From NCBI GenBank assembly GCA_964057225.1, contig OZ059900.1, positions 6,882,001-6,946,000 on the forward strand: a stretch of 64,000 bases of DNA, given 5' to 3'. A program made the position numbers and the translations under genes. The stretch is from Auanema rhodensis. Lineage: Eukaryota; Animalia; Nematoda. Shown piece by piece: positions 12,782 to 25,435 of the stretch (the first letter of the stretch is position 1; every line of letters begins with the position of its first letter). Under the pieces are notes generated by a model, which made no database searches, was not told the DNA's origin, and saw only the letters and a program-made list of their open reading frames with translations.

Positions 12782-15339
12782 ATGAAGACTAAAGAAGGAA
12801 CCCAGGTACAACTTAATTTATTAAAAAAAGAAATTTGTTATTACAATTTTTTTTAAAAACAGAATAGATAACAAGATTATTCAAATATAATGTATACTTT
12901 TCAGGATATCATAATCTGTATTTTGCTATTACATGGATATAAAAAGAATTTGGACATTACTATTCAAGCTGTGCATATGGTACACCGCTGGATTTTTCAA
13001 ATAAACCCGATAAATTGATAAAAAAATTAAAATCTGAAAAACAAAAAAAAACTTTTATAAAGTTTCTCATTTTCATGTAGTAGTATGCTCTTTTTTCAAT
13101 CTTGGATACCTATTGTACTTTAATGTATCTCTATTAATCTCCTAATAAAACTGTTTGCTGTCCTGTAGTGTGTTTCTCCCTTTCTTTAATCGAAAAAGGA
13201 AACAAAAATTCTGAAACATGATATTATTTGTAATAAAAACGATATGATAACTGTTTTAGTTACTTTAAAGATAGAAAAAATTATAACAACAGTTTTTAAA
13301 ATAGATAGGCATGAATCTCTTCTCCAAATTAATTACAAAAACTATTCTGTTTCTCAAATTAAGATGTATTTTGGTCACAAATAATTTTTCAAAAAAAGAA
13401 ACATTGTATGAGAATAACACATATATGAAAATTGTTTCCCGCCATCATGTTTTTGAATTAATCGATCAAAAAAACACAACTATTCTGATAACATAATCCC
13501 TTTAGTTTAAACATTTGAAATAATTTTTTTTCAAAACAGTATCTAATGCTCTTTCATCAATATATTATTCAGAATTGAACCCATCTTCATTATAGCATTT
13601 GAAATACAAGTGCAAATGATTCATCTCCCTCTCCACTTTACGTTCCTATTTGTTCAATAATGTGGCAGACAGCAATAAATATACCAGGTGTTCGCATCAT
13701 TTACCCCCCATCCAGTTAATCCTCATTGACATCTGTTCCTCTTATAAGAGGACCTTACGATTATTTTTCGTGGTTGGTGGCGCGGTCTAGGTCATGGCTA
13801 GATGGCAATTCAAGAACCATAGGATAAGCAAAGAGGTCACTATCATTAAGACACATAATGACGAGATACGAATCGGTTTTTATATAGTAGTATTGCATCT
13901 GTGGGCATCATTAGCGTCTTCCTGCCATTCATACTGACCCAGTAATTGCACAATCTTCAAAGACGGTACTACTTTATATTTAAGCCTCTCCATCAACAAA
14001 CAATTTATAAGAGATGGAGATGCACTATTGTTTGATTGGGTGGGCTTTTGGCAAAAAAAACATAAGACGTACAACCAAATGTAGGGATCATTCAATTTTT
14101 GAATATGACTACAAAGAAAAACCAAAACTGTATGACAATTGAACTGAATACATTTAAACTAACATCAAGTCGATTTAATAAAGTTGTAAAAGTTTGGCAT
14201 TGAGAGAGTTATCTATGCAAAACTTTTTATCCAGCTTTGCTGTTGCTTTAGTTCAAATACTGCCATTAAATACGAATTTTATTGAACAATTCATTCATTA
14301 TTTTCTGTGAATTAGAGCGCGATCTTTTTAAATATTTTGAATGTTTGTTAACAGATCACTGATTCAAATAACTTTAACCTATTTTATTTTGAATTTTAAT
14401 TTTTTCATTAACAATCGAAAAGCATTGCTAGAATTAATACTTTTCAAAATCTTCACGTTCTTTACACAATATTCAATAATCTCACTACATTACATCATTT
14501 AAGAAAAATTCGCAAATCGCAGCGTCTTTGTGATATTTCAAAAAGAGAGATACATTGAAATATTGATTGGATATCTTCAACCTTAAATCTTTACACATGT
14601 TGTATACTTTATTGTTTTTCTATTGTATCAATGTAAATCAATCTAGCTTTTTTACATTTTTGTGTAATTATAATAAAGAATAAATATGATTGTTGTTCAA
14701 GAAAATATGTGAATATTTTATTGTTGAGTATCATTTAATCGGTAATTGATTCGGTATAACATGTTATTAATAAAAGTATTCTAAAAATAGTTCTACTGTA
14801 TCAAGTTCAATCTATACAAATATTGAAGCACAAGTGCTTGAAAAAACAACATGTCCATGAGAACTGTGAAAGATGAGATAGCATGTGGGATATTTTGATT
14901 AAAAGAATAAAATCCTAAATGAAATTTGAACTAATAACGTATAAAAAAACAGAGGTGAAATGTGAAATAAAAATACAATTGCGCAGAAGAACACATACAA
15001 TTGAACATTGCCACTTTTTTGGGATCACAGTAAAGCAGGCTGGAGTGCTGGAGAAAATTATTATTGTTGATCATAAGGAAGATAATTTGATTACCTAATG
15101 TATGTTTCTTCATTTTTTGAAAAGTGTATCTATTAAAATTCAATAAGAGCTAATAAATAATGCATAGCATTATCAATCTCTGAAATAAATGTATTAATTT
15201 GGATATAAAATCTGAAAACTCACTTATTATTTTTACCAGAAAACAGAAAAACTCATACCAGTATTGTATGAAACCAAAAAAGTAAATTAGAAATTCATTA
15301 CACGAATCTAGCAGGCATTAAAGCAATTTTATATACATC

Positions 15340-18300
15340 CTAACGTTTTTTTTCTCGTCCGCTACAATTGCGTTTACGTGGTGATTGATCCTCATCGTTT
15401 TCAGGTGAATGTCTGGGATGGCGTGGTCTCAATTGTCGTGGACTAAGCTGTGGCGGTGTTGAGTTGCGGAACTGTCTTTTTCCACGACGTCCTGATACCG
15501 ATGATTGGTTTGAATCGTTTCCTACATTATCTTCTTGCTCGTGACCAGCATTGTTATCATTTCCAGAAGCTTCTTGTTTTAATCCCAGTTGTTTTTTCCT
15601 TAACTCTACACCATCTGAGTTAGACTGATTACCCAGCATTAATGAATAATCGGCTGGATCATCTGCAGGTTCTTGTTTGATAACAATATCTCTAAAAAGA
15701 TGCACTTGTTGGAGATTATGTGCAGCTAATCTTCTGAAATCGGTTTTGTTTCAATGAATATTTTCTGAAATAAATGTTTACCGTGCTTGTTCTGCTTCTT
15801 CAAGTTTTCTACGCTCTTCTGCTTTTTCTTGCTGACGCTCTTCTTCTATAAATTTCCGTATGTCCTTGTTCATTTGCAGCCAACGGTCGTCATTTTCTGT
15901 AGGCGCCCCTCTTCCTTGTGGTCGCCTATTTTCTTCTCTTTCTCCTCTTTCTGGTCTTATAAGTTCCTGTACTCTTTGCTCTCTAGCTTCTTGGTCTTCT
16001 AATACACGTAATTGATCGGCTCCAAGTCTTCTTCTTTCTTCTTCTTGTCTTATCCGTAGTTCCTCTGCCTCTTCCCTTCTGAATTCTTCTTCTTGTCCCA
16101 TTACTACTTCTAGCACTTCAGGTTCTTCAGCTTCCAGTTCTTCCTCGACGAGGATTTCAGCTTCGGGTTCTTCAGCTCCGGGTTCTTCCTCTTCAGGTTC
16201 TTCTTCTTCTTCGGGATCATCGGCGTTAGGATCTTCAACGTCGTGTGCTTCGGCGTCGAGTTCTTCAGCTTCGGGTTCTCCGCCCTGTTCTTCTTCGGGT
16301 TCTTCTACAAATCGTCTTCCCTGCTCTTCATTTTCTTCTTCATCTGAGCTGGAGTCATCAAAATTCATAAGTCTTCGTTGATTTTCCAAGAGGTTATGTT
16401 CGTGATTATGCTTTGGAGGGCCAGAATCTTCATCATCCGAATTATCACTGCTTTCAGATGTTTCTTCACTTGTGGACCGATTGTCGGAATTGTGATCAAG
16501 CTGAACACTGCTTTCATCACTACTCTGTTCAAAGTGTACATCCTCTTCATCGTCTTCGAGTATTATGATTTCATTTTCTTCTTGATGTACATTTTCTTCT
16601 TCATCTTCTTCGTCCTGTTCCAATATTGCTATGTCTTCCTCATCTTCATCATCGTCGTTTTCTCCAACATCATCGTCGGTTTCTTCTTCATTATCGTCGT
16701 TTTCTTCTTCATCATCTTCGTTTTCTTCTTCATCATCATCGTTTTCTTCTTCATTATTGACATTTTCTTCTCCATCGTCGTTTTCTTCTTCTTCGTTTCT
16801 TTCTTCTTCCTCGATTCTGTCAACTTCTCTCCCTTCTTCATTGTTGTCATGTTCTATTTCGGATTCATTTTCCATATATCTTTCTATTGTGCTGTTATGT
16901 GTGCTTCTGAGATTTTCTCCATTTTCGTTGTCTGTGAGTTTTCTTTTTTCAACATTTACAACCATCTTCCTCTGCACAGTTTTGAAAAAACGCTGTAAAA
17001 AATAATATTATTGAATCTTAGTAGAAATTGGTCTCGAAAAGCCATTTTATATAATCTTACCCGTCGATTACGATGTTTAACTCCAGCAGACGATTTTCTT
17101 GCAACAATAGTTCCATCACATACTTTTGTTCCTTGAGATCCATCACAAGGTGGTCTAATATCTCTTACGATAATAATACGTTCAGACCTCATGGATAAAT
17201 CACGGAAGAAAGTTTCACTGTCAAAAAATTATAAGAAACAGCATTATAACGATTTACTAACCTTGTAACTTCGCGATTCACATGGAGAACTTCAACTTTA
17301 GCAACTGATTCAGGTTCTTGGGCTTCATCACTATCAGAATTATTCTCATGCGTTGGTCGTGTTCGTCGACGGAGGCGTTTCAAATAATAATGAAGACCAA
17401 AGTAATGAGATCTACGGTTGTACGCACGATGAATTGGACTTTCAAAATAACGTTTTTTATTTCTCCTGGCTACACGTTTACTCTTCGTTATGGCGGTTTG
17501 GTTGGGTGGTCGGAATTTCATTAGTTCTTCCATTTCGAAGTACTCGTCATGTTGAGCATCTACCATCCTTTCTAACTCAAGACGGTCTCGTTCTTGCTCA
17601 ATAGGATTAGGATTTAGAAGAGCACGAGTTCGCTGCATCAATAATATCCGTTCAAAATTGGCTTCTCGTCTTGATTCGGCCATTCGTCGGTCAAGTTCTT
17701 CTCGTGGAATTTCTTCATCAGAATCTTCTACTATTTCTCTTTCTCCTTCATCCGATTCTTCATCTTCCATATCCATGTCAAATGCATTGCCTCGCCTCCT
17801 ACGCCGACGACGGTGACGGCGATGTTGATTGTTCACACCAGCTCTCCTGTTTTCATTATCCCCATCTTCTTCATCAGAAGTTTCGCTTTCGCTTTCACTT
17901 TCAGACTGATTCCGTTCTCGCATAGCTACTCTATGTGCTTCTTCAGCTCGTCGGATGCGCTCTTCTTCTTCCCGAATACGGCGTTGTTCACGTTCGTAAT
18001 CCTGACGGAAATAGTCATATATGTCTTCTTCTTCGGCACGATCCAGCTCACTAGCCAAATCTACAAATACTATGACCGGTTCCGCTTGCGATGAGGAAGG
18101 AAGTGAAGGAGATATCAACATGCTTTGAGAACAGGAAGAGATAGAAGCTCGTGATTCGCCTGACGTTTCATCAGACTCCATGCACTCATCATCATCCTCT
18201 AAAATTTCAGCTTTGATTTTAGCAGGTGCCGAAGCCACCCCCATGCTTTTCAAACGAGTGCTACGACGAGGATTTTTTCGATCAAAAGGTTTTTTTTTGA

Positions 18301-19824
18301 TTCGCGGTAATTTCATATGTGGATACATATCAACAAGTTGGTTATACTGACGAGACTAAAAAATACAGAAAATTAAAAAACTTAAAACTTGATTCATAGT
18401 TACAACTCACATTTCCAAAAGTATTTTGTCTGCGGAAATAAGCACGAGCTTTTCTTTTCAATATCAAACCATTAATCTTTGATGCTATAGCATAACAACG
18501 AGCTGCGTCAGCAGCATTTTTAATCTTACGAGCTATTCTCTAAAATGATAACAGTTTTCTTGATTTTATAAAATAATTCTCACCAATTCGAGTACATTCT
18601 TTAAAATTTCCAAACCGAATCGCGATGCAGCAACTAACAGTTCTTCACGGAAATCAAAATTTGTGTTCAACTCTCCTGTATATATGTGCTTCAGTATCTC
18701 TTTGAAGACCTGAAAATAGTTGTAATGTCTAATTTTTGAAAAATGAAAATAATACCTCTGGTGCGACATCGGGAATTATGAAATATTGCTCGTTTTCTTT
18801 CGATTCTAACATTCTTTTTAAAGGTTCAGATCTACAACAAATTACGGCCTAAAAAATTGATAATATTATGTTGTTTTTCAAGTTTTTTTTTTAATATTTT
18901 TCAAGAATATATCCAACTTACTCGATGAGCTTTAAATTCCTCTCCACCAACTATAAAGGAAATATCAGTAGTTCGTTGATTTTCAAACAAATCGCTCATA
19001 AAGCAAGCCATCTAAAAAAGTCATATTATTCAATACTATGCAAATAATAATTTAAATCAACTTACATTTTGGTCTGGAGGCAGTTTTGGAATGAAAATAG
19101 CAGTGACATCTGGATCATCAGTATTTGCATATCTGTAGAGATAAATGCTTATTCGAATGCGTATTTCTGTTTCTCTCTTCAGAAATTTATGAAGGGCTTT
19201 TTCTGGTATTGCGCCGCAGTACATTAAATGTCCACCCTGTAACATATTACTTTCTCATTTTGAATAATAAAGTATTATTACCTTTATTATTCTAATATAT
19301 TCAAATCTAAGAGTGTTTTCATTTTGTCCTAAAATATCAAAATCTACTTTACAGAGATCATGATGCTCTGTTCTTTTCATTATCTGAAACGAAAAAGTTT
19401 TTTGTGTTTACAGATGAAACGTACTGTAAAGTTAAGAAATTCCCTAGGATAACATCGTGGAGGTGATATTTCGAGCTCATATTCCATAGAACGCCCACGA
19501 GTTGCAAAACAATTATGTACAGTATATCGTAATATGTCAGGTCTTGAGAAAATAGAATCTACATCAAATCTATATCTACAAATAAATAATAAGTTGATCT
19601 GTAAAATTGAATGAAAACCTACGTATCGGATTCATAACATGGCTTTGTTAAAGATTCAGTTTCCAACTGGCTTGAACTAGTATGTATAACGCCGCAAGTG
19701 GCTGGAATGATCGGCTCAAGATTTCGAAACTGAAAAATCCACAATTATGATGGAAAGTCGAGGTGGATGAAATATTGGAGGTATATCATTGTTGTTGCTG
19801 TCATGCAATTTTCACTTCAGTCAT
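15340..19824 (-). CDS. MATH-BTB paralogue 3 with ~950-aa acidic/disordered C-terminal tail
   Basis: BTB reads TDISFIVGGEEFKAHR|AVICCRSEPLKRMLE...IPDVAPE|VFKEILKHIYTGEL...LLVAASRFGLEILK. Canonical GT-AG introns join it in frame to ORFs 17189-18328, 16956-17192, 15778-16977 and 15340-15705. The first micro-exon (MTE, ATG 19824) is less certain. Confidence 0.8.
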
Positions 19825-19926
19825 TCAATCAAGTGCGTTAGTAAGTTTAAAGCTGTTAGACCACAAGCAGAATATTCAATAATGAACAGAAATGGGATAA
19901 CACAATTTATTTCCGCCAAATACAAC

Positions 19927-20313
19927 TTATAGACTGAATGCAGCGTCCGCAAATGGTGCAGCTTCTTTGGAACGCAAACCTTGCTGAAGAATGCCAAGCA
20001 TCCATTTTTGCTTTTCACTATCAACTTCAGCTACGTTTTCCCTGAGAAACAGTTCATGAATTTGTGATGATGAGCGGAATCCAACCTAATCAAGAGCCTG
20101 GCAAGTGCAATGTTTCGCATTAACCGTTCGGCGCATCTTTCATCACCCGCATATGCTGGTAAAATGTCATCCTTCAACTTCTCAATAAATCGCAGCAGCT
20201 GCTCATACCTAGTGAGTTGCGGCGGCTAAATACACTGATCTTATTCAAGCTAGATGAGGCAGTAAGTAAATAGATTCAAATGGTTAGACTGCGGATTATT
20301 CTACGCTTTTCAT
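19927..20313 (-). CDS. CDK2AP1: CDK2-associated protein (CDK2AP1/DOC-1 family), diverged copy b
   Basis: Reads PPQLTRYEQLLRFIEKLKDDILPAYAGDERCAERLMRNIALARLLIR|ENVAEVDSEKQKWMLGILQQGLRSKEAAPFADAAFSL*. It is 34/56 identical to copy a over the core and has the same intron position. The first micro-exon (MKS) is uncertain. Confidence 0.85.
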
Positions 20314-23300
20314 TTAGGTTTATTCAAACAATAGCTAATAAGCAGCTCGGTCTAAAAGTCTTTGTTCATTTAAACATAAAATGAATCTATATAATTGAAT
20401 TGCATTCATACTAGTATTATTAATTGATAAACTAAGGAAGTAGGCTGAATAAAGCGTAATTTAATTAATTGGGCATCATCTACACTATATTTTCATTATT
20501 ATAATGTGCCCTTAATCCTATTGAACAAAAATGCGACAAAAAGAAGAAGAAGGATGCTAGGGATTTTTATGAGAATTTAGAAAAAAAATCATAGAATTGA
20601 TGATATTAAACCCCTAATTTTGAACAAAGCGTCATCAAATTATATAGAGCAAGTTGATGAAAGAAATTTCCAGAAATATACATCTCTTTTCCATGAACTA
20701 GGTCAAAATATACATTAATATATCAGTGTATTGCTGAGAACGTATCAGAGTAAGAAAACCACATAGAATGTCAACAAGAAAAATTATAAAATTAATGTTT
20801 TAGAGCTGTCTAAGATACAATTCCGGCCACGCTTGAAAAAGTTTCAGCTCAATAAAACTTAATGAATCACTTCTACTTGTTTATGATTCAATTTAATTTT
20901 TTTAAAGTCTATTATCGCAGTGAAGCAATGCATACATTCTTTAATACAAATGTCTTCGTGTAGAAATTGAAAAAGTTATAAAGTAATATAGTTACATACT
21001 ACAATAATATTTCTACATGCAGATTAAAATCACATCCACGCAGGCGTTTAAATTGTATTTGTTAGAGCTTAGTCATTTTAATAGTCAAGTTGAAACTCCA
21101 GTTTAATATAAGCAACTTTAACACTTTTGACTTTTATTATAAATGCATGGTATACAAAAAGAATCTGGCAAAATTTGGCAAAAAAAACAAATATTTGTTT
21201 TAGATTTAAGTAACTTATGAACAAAGATTTTCAAACCGATAACCGAAAAGTAACTTTAGATACATATTTTTAATGTACAACATGCTCTAAACGTACTTCG
21301 ACTTTTCTGCGATCATAGCGTCTTTGTGGTATATCTGGATCACGAGGTTCATTGATTCTACTTTTACTCATCTGAAATAAAGGGACTATTATACGAAACA
21401 TATAGTCGCAAACTATGAAAATACATGTTAATGAGAGAACTCAATGCAGCTTATGCATAATCGATTCTATAAAAAGCAGCGATAACATTAAACTTATGGC
21501 TGCTAAAGCTCTCAGAACAAGTAAAAACATTTTCATATGCTTATTTGACATATATGAAATGACGATATCACATTTGATAGGATAAAACCGCTGAGAAAAG
21601 AAAAAGAAAATGGCAATAGGAACAACATTAAAACAATGAACACTCAAAATCAATTTTTCATCAGCTCGTCACTCGTGGCAGAATCAATATGAAACAGCGG
21701 TTCTACGAAAATTTTAAGCCCTTAGAAAGGATCTGTCAAGAGAAAGTTTTAACAGAATGTTAATCGGGTCGAAACCGAAAATAAAGAAAACGTAATTTGG
21801 AAATGATACTTGAGCATAGCAGCACTAACAAGAGAACTAAAATGTAATTCGTCGTTTTTCAAAACGTATTCTTAACTTAAAGCCAATTGCTTATAAGACG
21901 AGGTATTTATCGAATTCTCAGTAGTGTCATTCCTAAATTGAATGAAAAAATAATTGAATATCTTCTAAATCTAAAAAACTAGTAGTATTTCAGTCGGTTC
22001 GTGTAATGTCGGAATTAGTCAAACTTTTGAAATCCAAACGTTTCAGAATCGAAAATGACAAAACAATATTCTGCGCTATGTGCTCTTCAGCATTTAGTAT
22101 GATGTTGATATTGCTCTTATCCGGCAATAGCAGTATTTCACTTAAAAAATTAGTTTATGCTCTCATGGCTAAGAGTTAGAAAATTGACGTAAATTATTGA
22201 GTGAACATTCGAACAAGGCAGGACGTAATACACTCTACTAGGTCAGCGTATTGATTAACTACTAAGCCTGCACTATGGTTTCGTAAATGAGACAGCAGTG
22301 AAATGAAATAGAAACGATAGGCACAAAAAACGATATAATGAGCGATAGCAATCGAATTTTTTGTTGTTTAGATAATAGTGCGCCATTGTTATAAACAATA
22401 TCAATGTCTTAAAAATATATGAATGATCAAGATAATCCAAATAAAATTGTTAAAATAATATATTAATATTGTTTAAATATTAATGTATATTTAACATTCA
22501 ATAATTTCTTGATATACACAAGAAAAAGTCATTGACTGATAAAAAGAAGCCGAATAGCCCATTTATGAAGCCATTCCAAGAATAATTTTAACACATATTG
22601 TAACCTTATGCCACTATCAAGAGATTACTGATTGTATGAATATACATTTGTACTAATGCAGAAAGAAGAATTGCAAAAATGTTAGTTTATAAAGCTTGAA
22701 AAAAATGAATCATTAGTACAAATGAACAACTTTTAAGACAGAAAAATTGAAGTAATATCAAAAAAATATATTGGAAGATGATAAAAAGATAAATAAAAAA
22801 AAGAATCACTCATAAGAAGTAGATGAAGCTTGAAAATGATAAGGGGCAAAGTTGAAAAAATCAGTCCAAATATTGCGTACATTTTGAATATTCGCGCTCT
22901 TGTTTTGTACACATATTAGAATTAGAGCGCTATTATTACTATAGAGTTAGTACATATGTATAAATAAATAATTATATATATATATATATATTCTCCCCAA
23001 ACACTACGTAACTGATACATTTGAATTTATCCATATCCAAAAAATTCCCGCTTCATAATACTCATATTTTTATACGCAACGCTTGATATCGCCGCGTGCG
23101 TCAGATTGTTCTTCGCGTTTGTGACATGACCTGCAGAATAAAGATGCAGGGTGGTCTGTGAAGACATAATGACCTGGTTGGATTATGTCTACCAAGCATT
23201 TTCGTTCGATATTCAACAATCAATACATGTAGTGCGGAAATTTCAAACAGATTTACAACATTTTGAAATTTTCTTTATTTCTATTGAAAAACGACAAATA

Positions 23301-23788
23301 CTTTGACTTCGAGTATTGTTCTCAGAAGATTCCCAGTAACTTTTTTTGGAAAAAAGCTGAAAAAGTACACTTTTCAATGAAATCCGTGATGTTCCCATTG
23401 ACTTAAACTAGTCACAACCTTTTTCAATGAGAAAATTGCTGAATATTTTTGAAAAGTATTTCGAAGTTGATGTACTTTTTAAGCGCGAAAAAACATAAAC
23501 GGTGACCAAGAAGGATATTATAAATTCGAATTATCGATAAGTATTTCAATTTCATTTTTTTTCGATTTTATGTTATTTTTCATCGTTGCTATTAAACTTT
23601 AGGCAAAAAAATTTATTGATATCTTAATAATTTTTTTGTTTCAAAACTTAAAATGTTATGTTTTCAAAATATGTAATATTTTTAAATATTTTTGAATTAA
23701 AATATTATTACCTCATGTTCTCGTTGTCTGAGCGCATCGAGCACGTAGCTTCCTGATTCAGGTCTAACCATTGTGAAATGGCGTCTAG

Positions 23789-23810
23789 TGAATGAATGAA
23801 TGAATGAATG
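23789..23810. repeat. (TGAA)5 microsatellite
   Basis: Direct reading. Confidence 0.9.
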
Positions 23811-25097
23811 GTAAAGGACGATTGGTCTCAATAAGCTCCGCCCCAACCTAGAGAAGATCCCTCCCTCTTATTGGCAAAAAGCCATTGAGTGACCCATCAC
23901 ATGTTTGAGAAGAATAAGATTCCAATCATATATTGAAGGGGGTTAAAGCAATTGAATGTAAAAAGTTATTTTATGCTGTTCAAAATAAACATATAAGTAT
24001 ATAATAAAAAAAGTTTTTATATAATATTTTATAAATAATTATAGTTAATAACTATAAAATAATATGTGATTATTCTAATAAAAAATATTTTTTTTAAAAT
24101 TATAACAAACTTTATTTTTCTTTTTCTTTTTTTTTTTGGTTAATTCAATGCGACGTGTAATATAGGCATCAAGCTAATCTTAGCATTATGCTGTTAAGGT
24201 AACTTAGCAACAGAATATTTCAATTTCCTCACAATATACAATTAATGATATTCAATAGTTGAGTTTATTTATATATTTCAATCTATCCAACATTCAGGAA
24301 AAAGACAATGTGAATTCAAAGAGTGTTTCAATAAGGTTTCCAACTTTTCAGAAGCGTATATTGCTTGGAAATGACTATGAAATCCTTTTCCTAGCTAAAA
24401 TAGATAGCTTTGCTAATATCTTTTCTTAAGCTTAGCTATTGGCTATAACTTAAATGTTCTCAATTAAAAGCATTATCATGTGCAAACCATATTGATTTGA
24501 CCTGCACTATTAATTGCTTATCAGAGAGCAACTGAGCTATATAAATTGTTATTTCATTCAATATGCTACATGTATATATAAGGTGGGGGGTTGAAACATA
24601 CTTCAAGATGCTAAACTAAATCAATTTTTCACGGGCCGTGGCATTAACTCAGCTTATCGGTTTCTTAAACATTTGTTTCAAAAATAAAAACATTAAATTA
24701 TTGTTGTAAAATAGCTAGTCGTTTGACTATCCGTTATGTAGGAAAAAGCATTTATTCTGAGATCACAATAATATTTGGATTCTACTCGTTTACATCTCGG
24801 GCATCTTTTGTTTCTCACAAATCAATAGATCTGCCATATGTGTGCACCGGTTGAATGCCTTTCTTCTATTGAAAGTAAATGTCAATTGATTACAGACTCA
24901 ATCTATCCGTCAAGTTGTCACACAAGTTGATTGTAAACCGAAAATTCTATTTAGCCATATACATATATGTAATTGGATTATTATTATCTGAAATAGAGAT
25001 ATGTGGAGAATGATACAATGATCCGAAAAAACTTGCCTGAAAACTTTTGAAGTACTAATCATCATGTAGTACTGTTCTTCAGCAAACTTTACTGGGT

Positions 25098-25435
25098 TTA
25101 AAGCCAATTGATAGGAGCATCGCGATCGCACTCAAAATGAAGCACTGTATTCTCCATGTCAACAGCACAATTTTGAGCACAGCTCAAGCACAAGCCAGAT
25201 TTCACATTTGTAGGTAGAGCTTGTTCACTTGCTTCAATAGCCTTCATACGACGATATAACTTGCGTATGAAGTAATATGCCAGAATAAAAGTTGGAACAT
25301 TGAGACAAATAGCTGCAATATGAAAGATAAGCTTAATTTTCAAAATGATACTCTTCAGTGAGAAGTTAATAAGAACTTACCAATTACAAGCATACAGAAG
25401 AACAAACTGAAAGTTATCTTGTCCAAATCAATCAT
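25098..25435 (-). CDS. Small orphan membrane protein (MIDLDKITFSLFFCML...FHIAAICLNVPTFILAYYFIRKLYRR...), possibly a pseudogene
   Basis: ATG in AAAATG context at 25435, a hydrophobic segment followed by a basic stop-transfer. Frame is kept only with the weaker GTAATT donor, not the adjacent GTAAGT. Confidence 0.45.

Noticed and set aside
15787-18094. Plus-strand F/I/S-rich ORFs such as 16378-16998 and 16631-17005
   Set aside because: Antisense shadows of the GAA/GAT-rich BTB3 tail exons.
23120-23195. Two short hairpins (CCTGCA/TGCAGG and AGACATAAT/ATTATGTCT) as an ncRNA
   Set aside because: Short stems with no convincing H/ACA, C/D, tRNA or miRNA hallmarks.
23820-23880. ATTGG/CCGCCC promoter-like patch with an 11-mer (GCCCCAACCTA) shared with the Maverick TIR
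   Set aside because: The match does not extend either way and there is no AGTAGT end, so it cannot be separated from chance.
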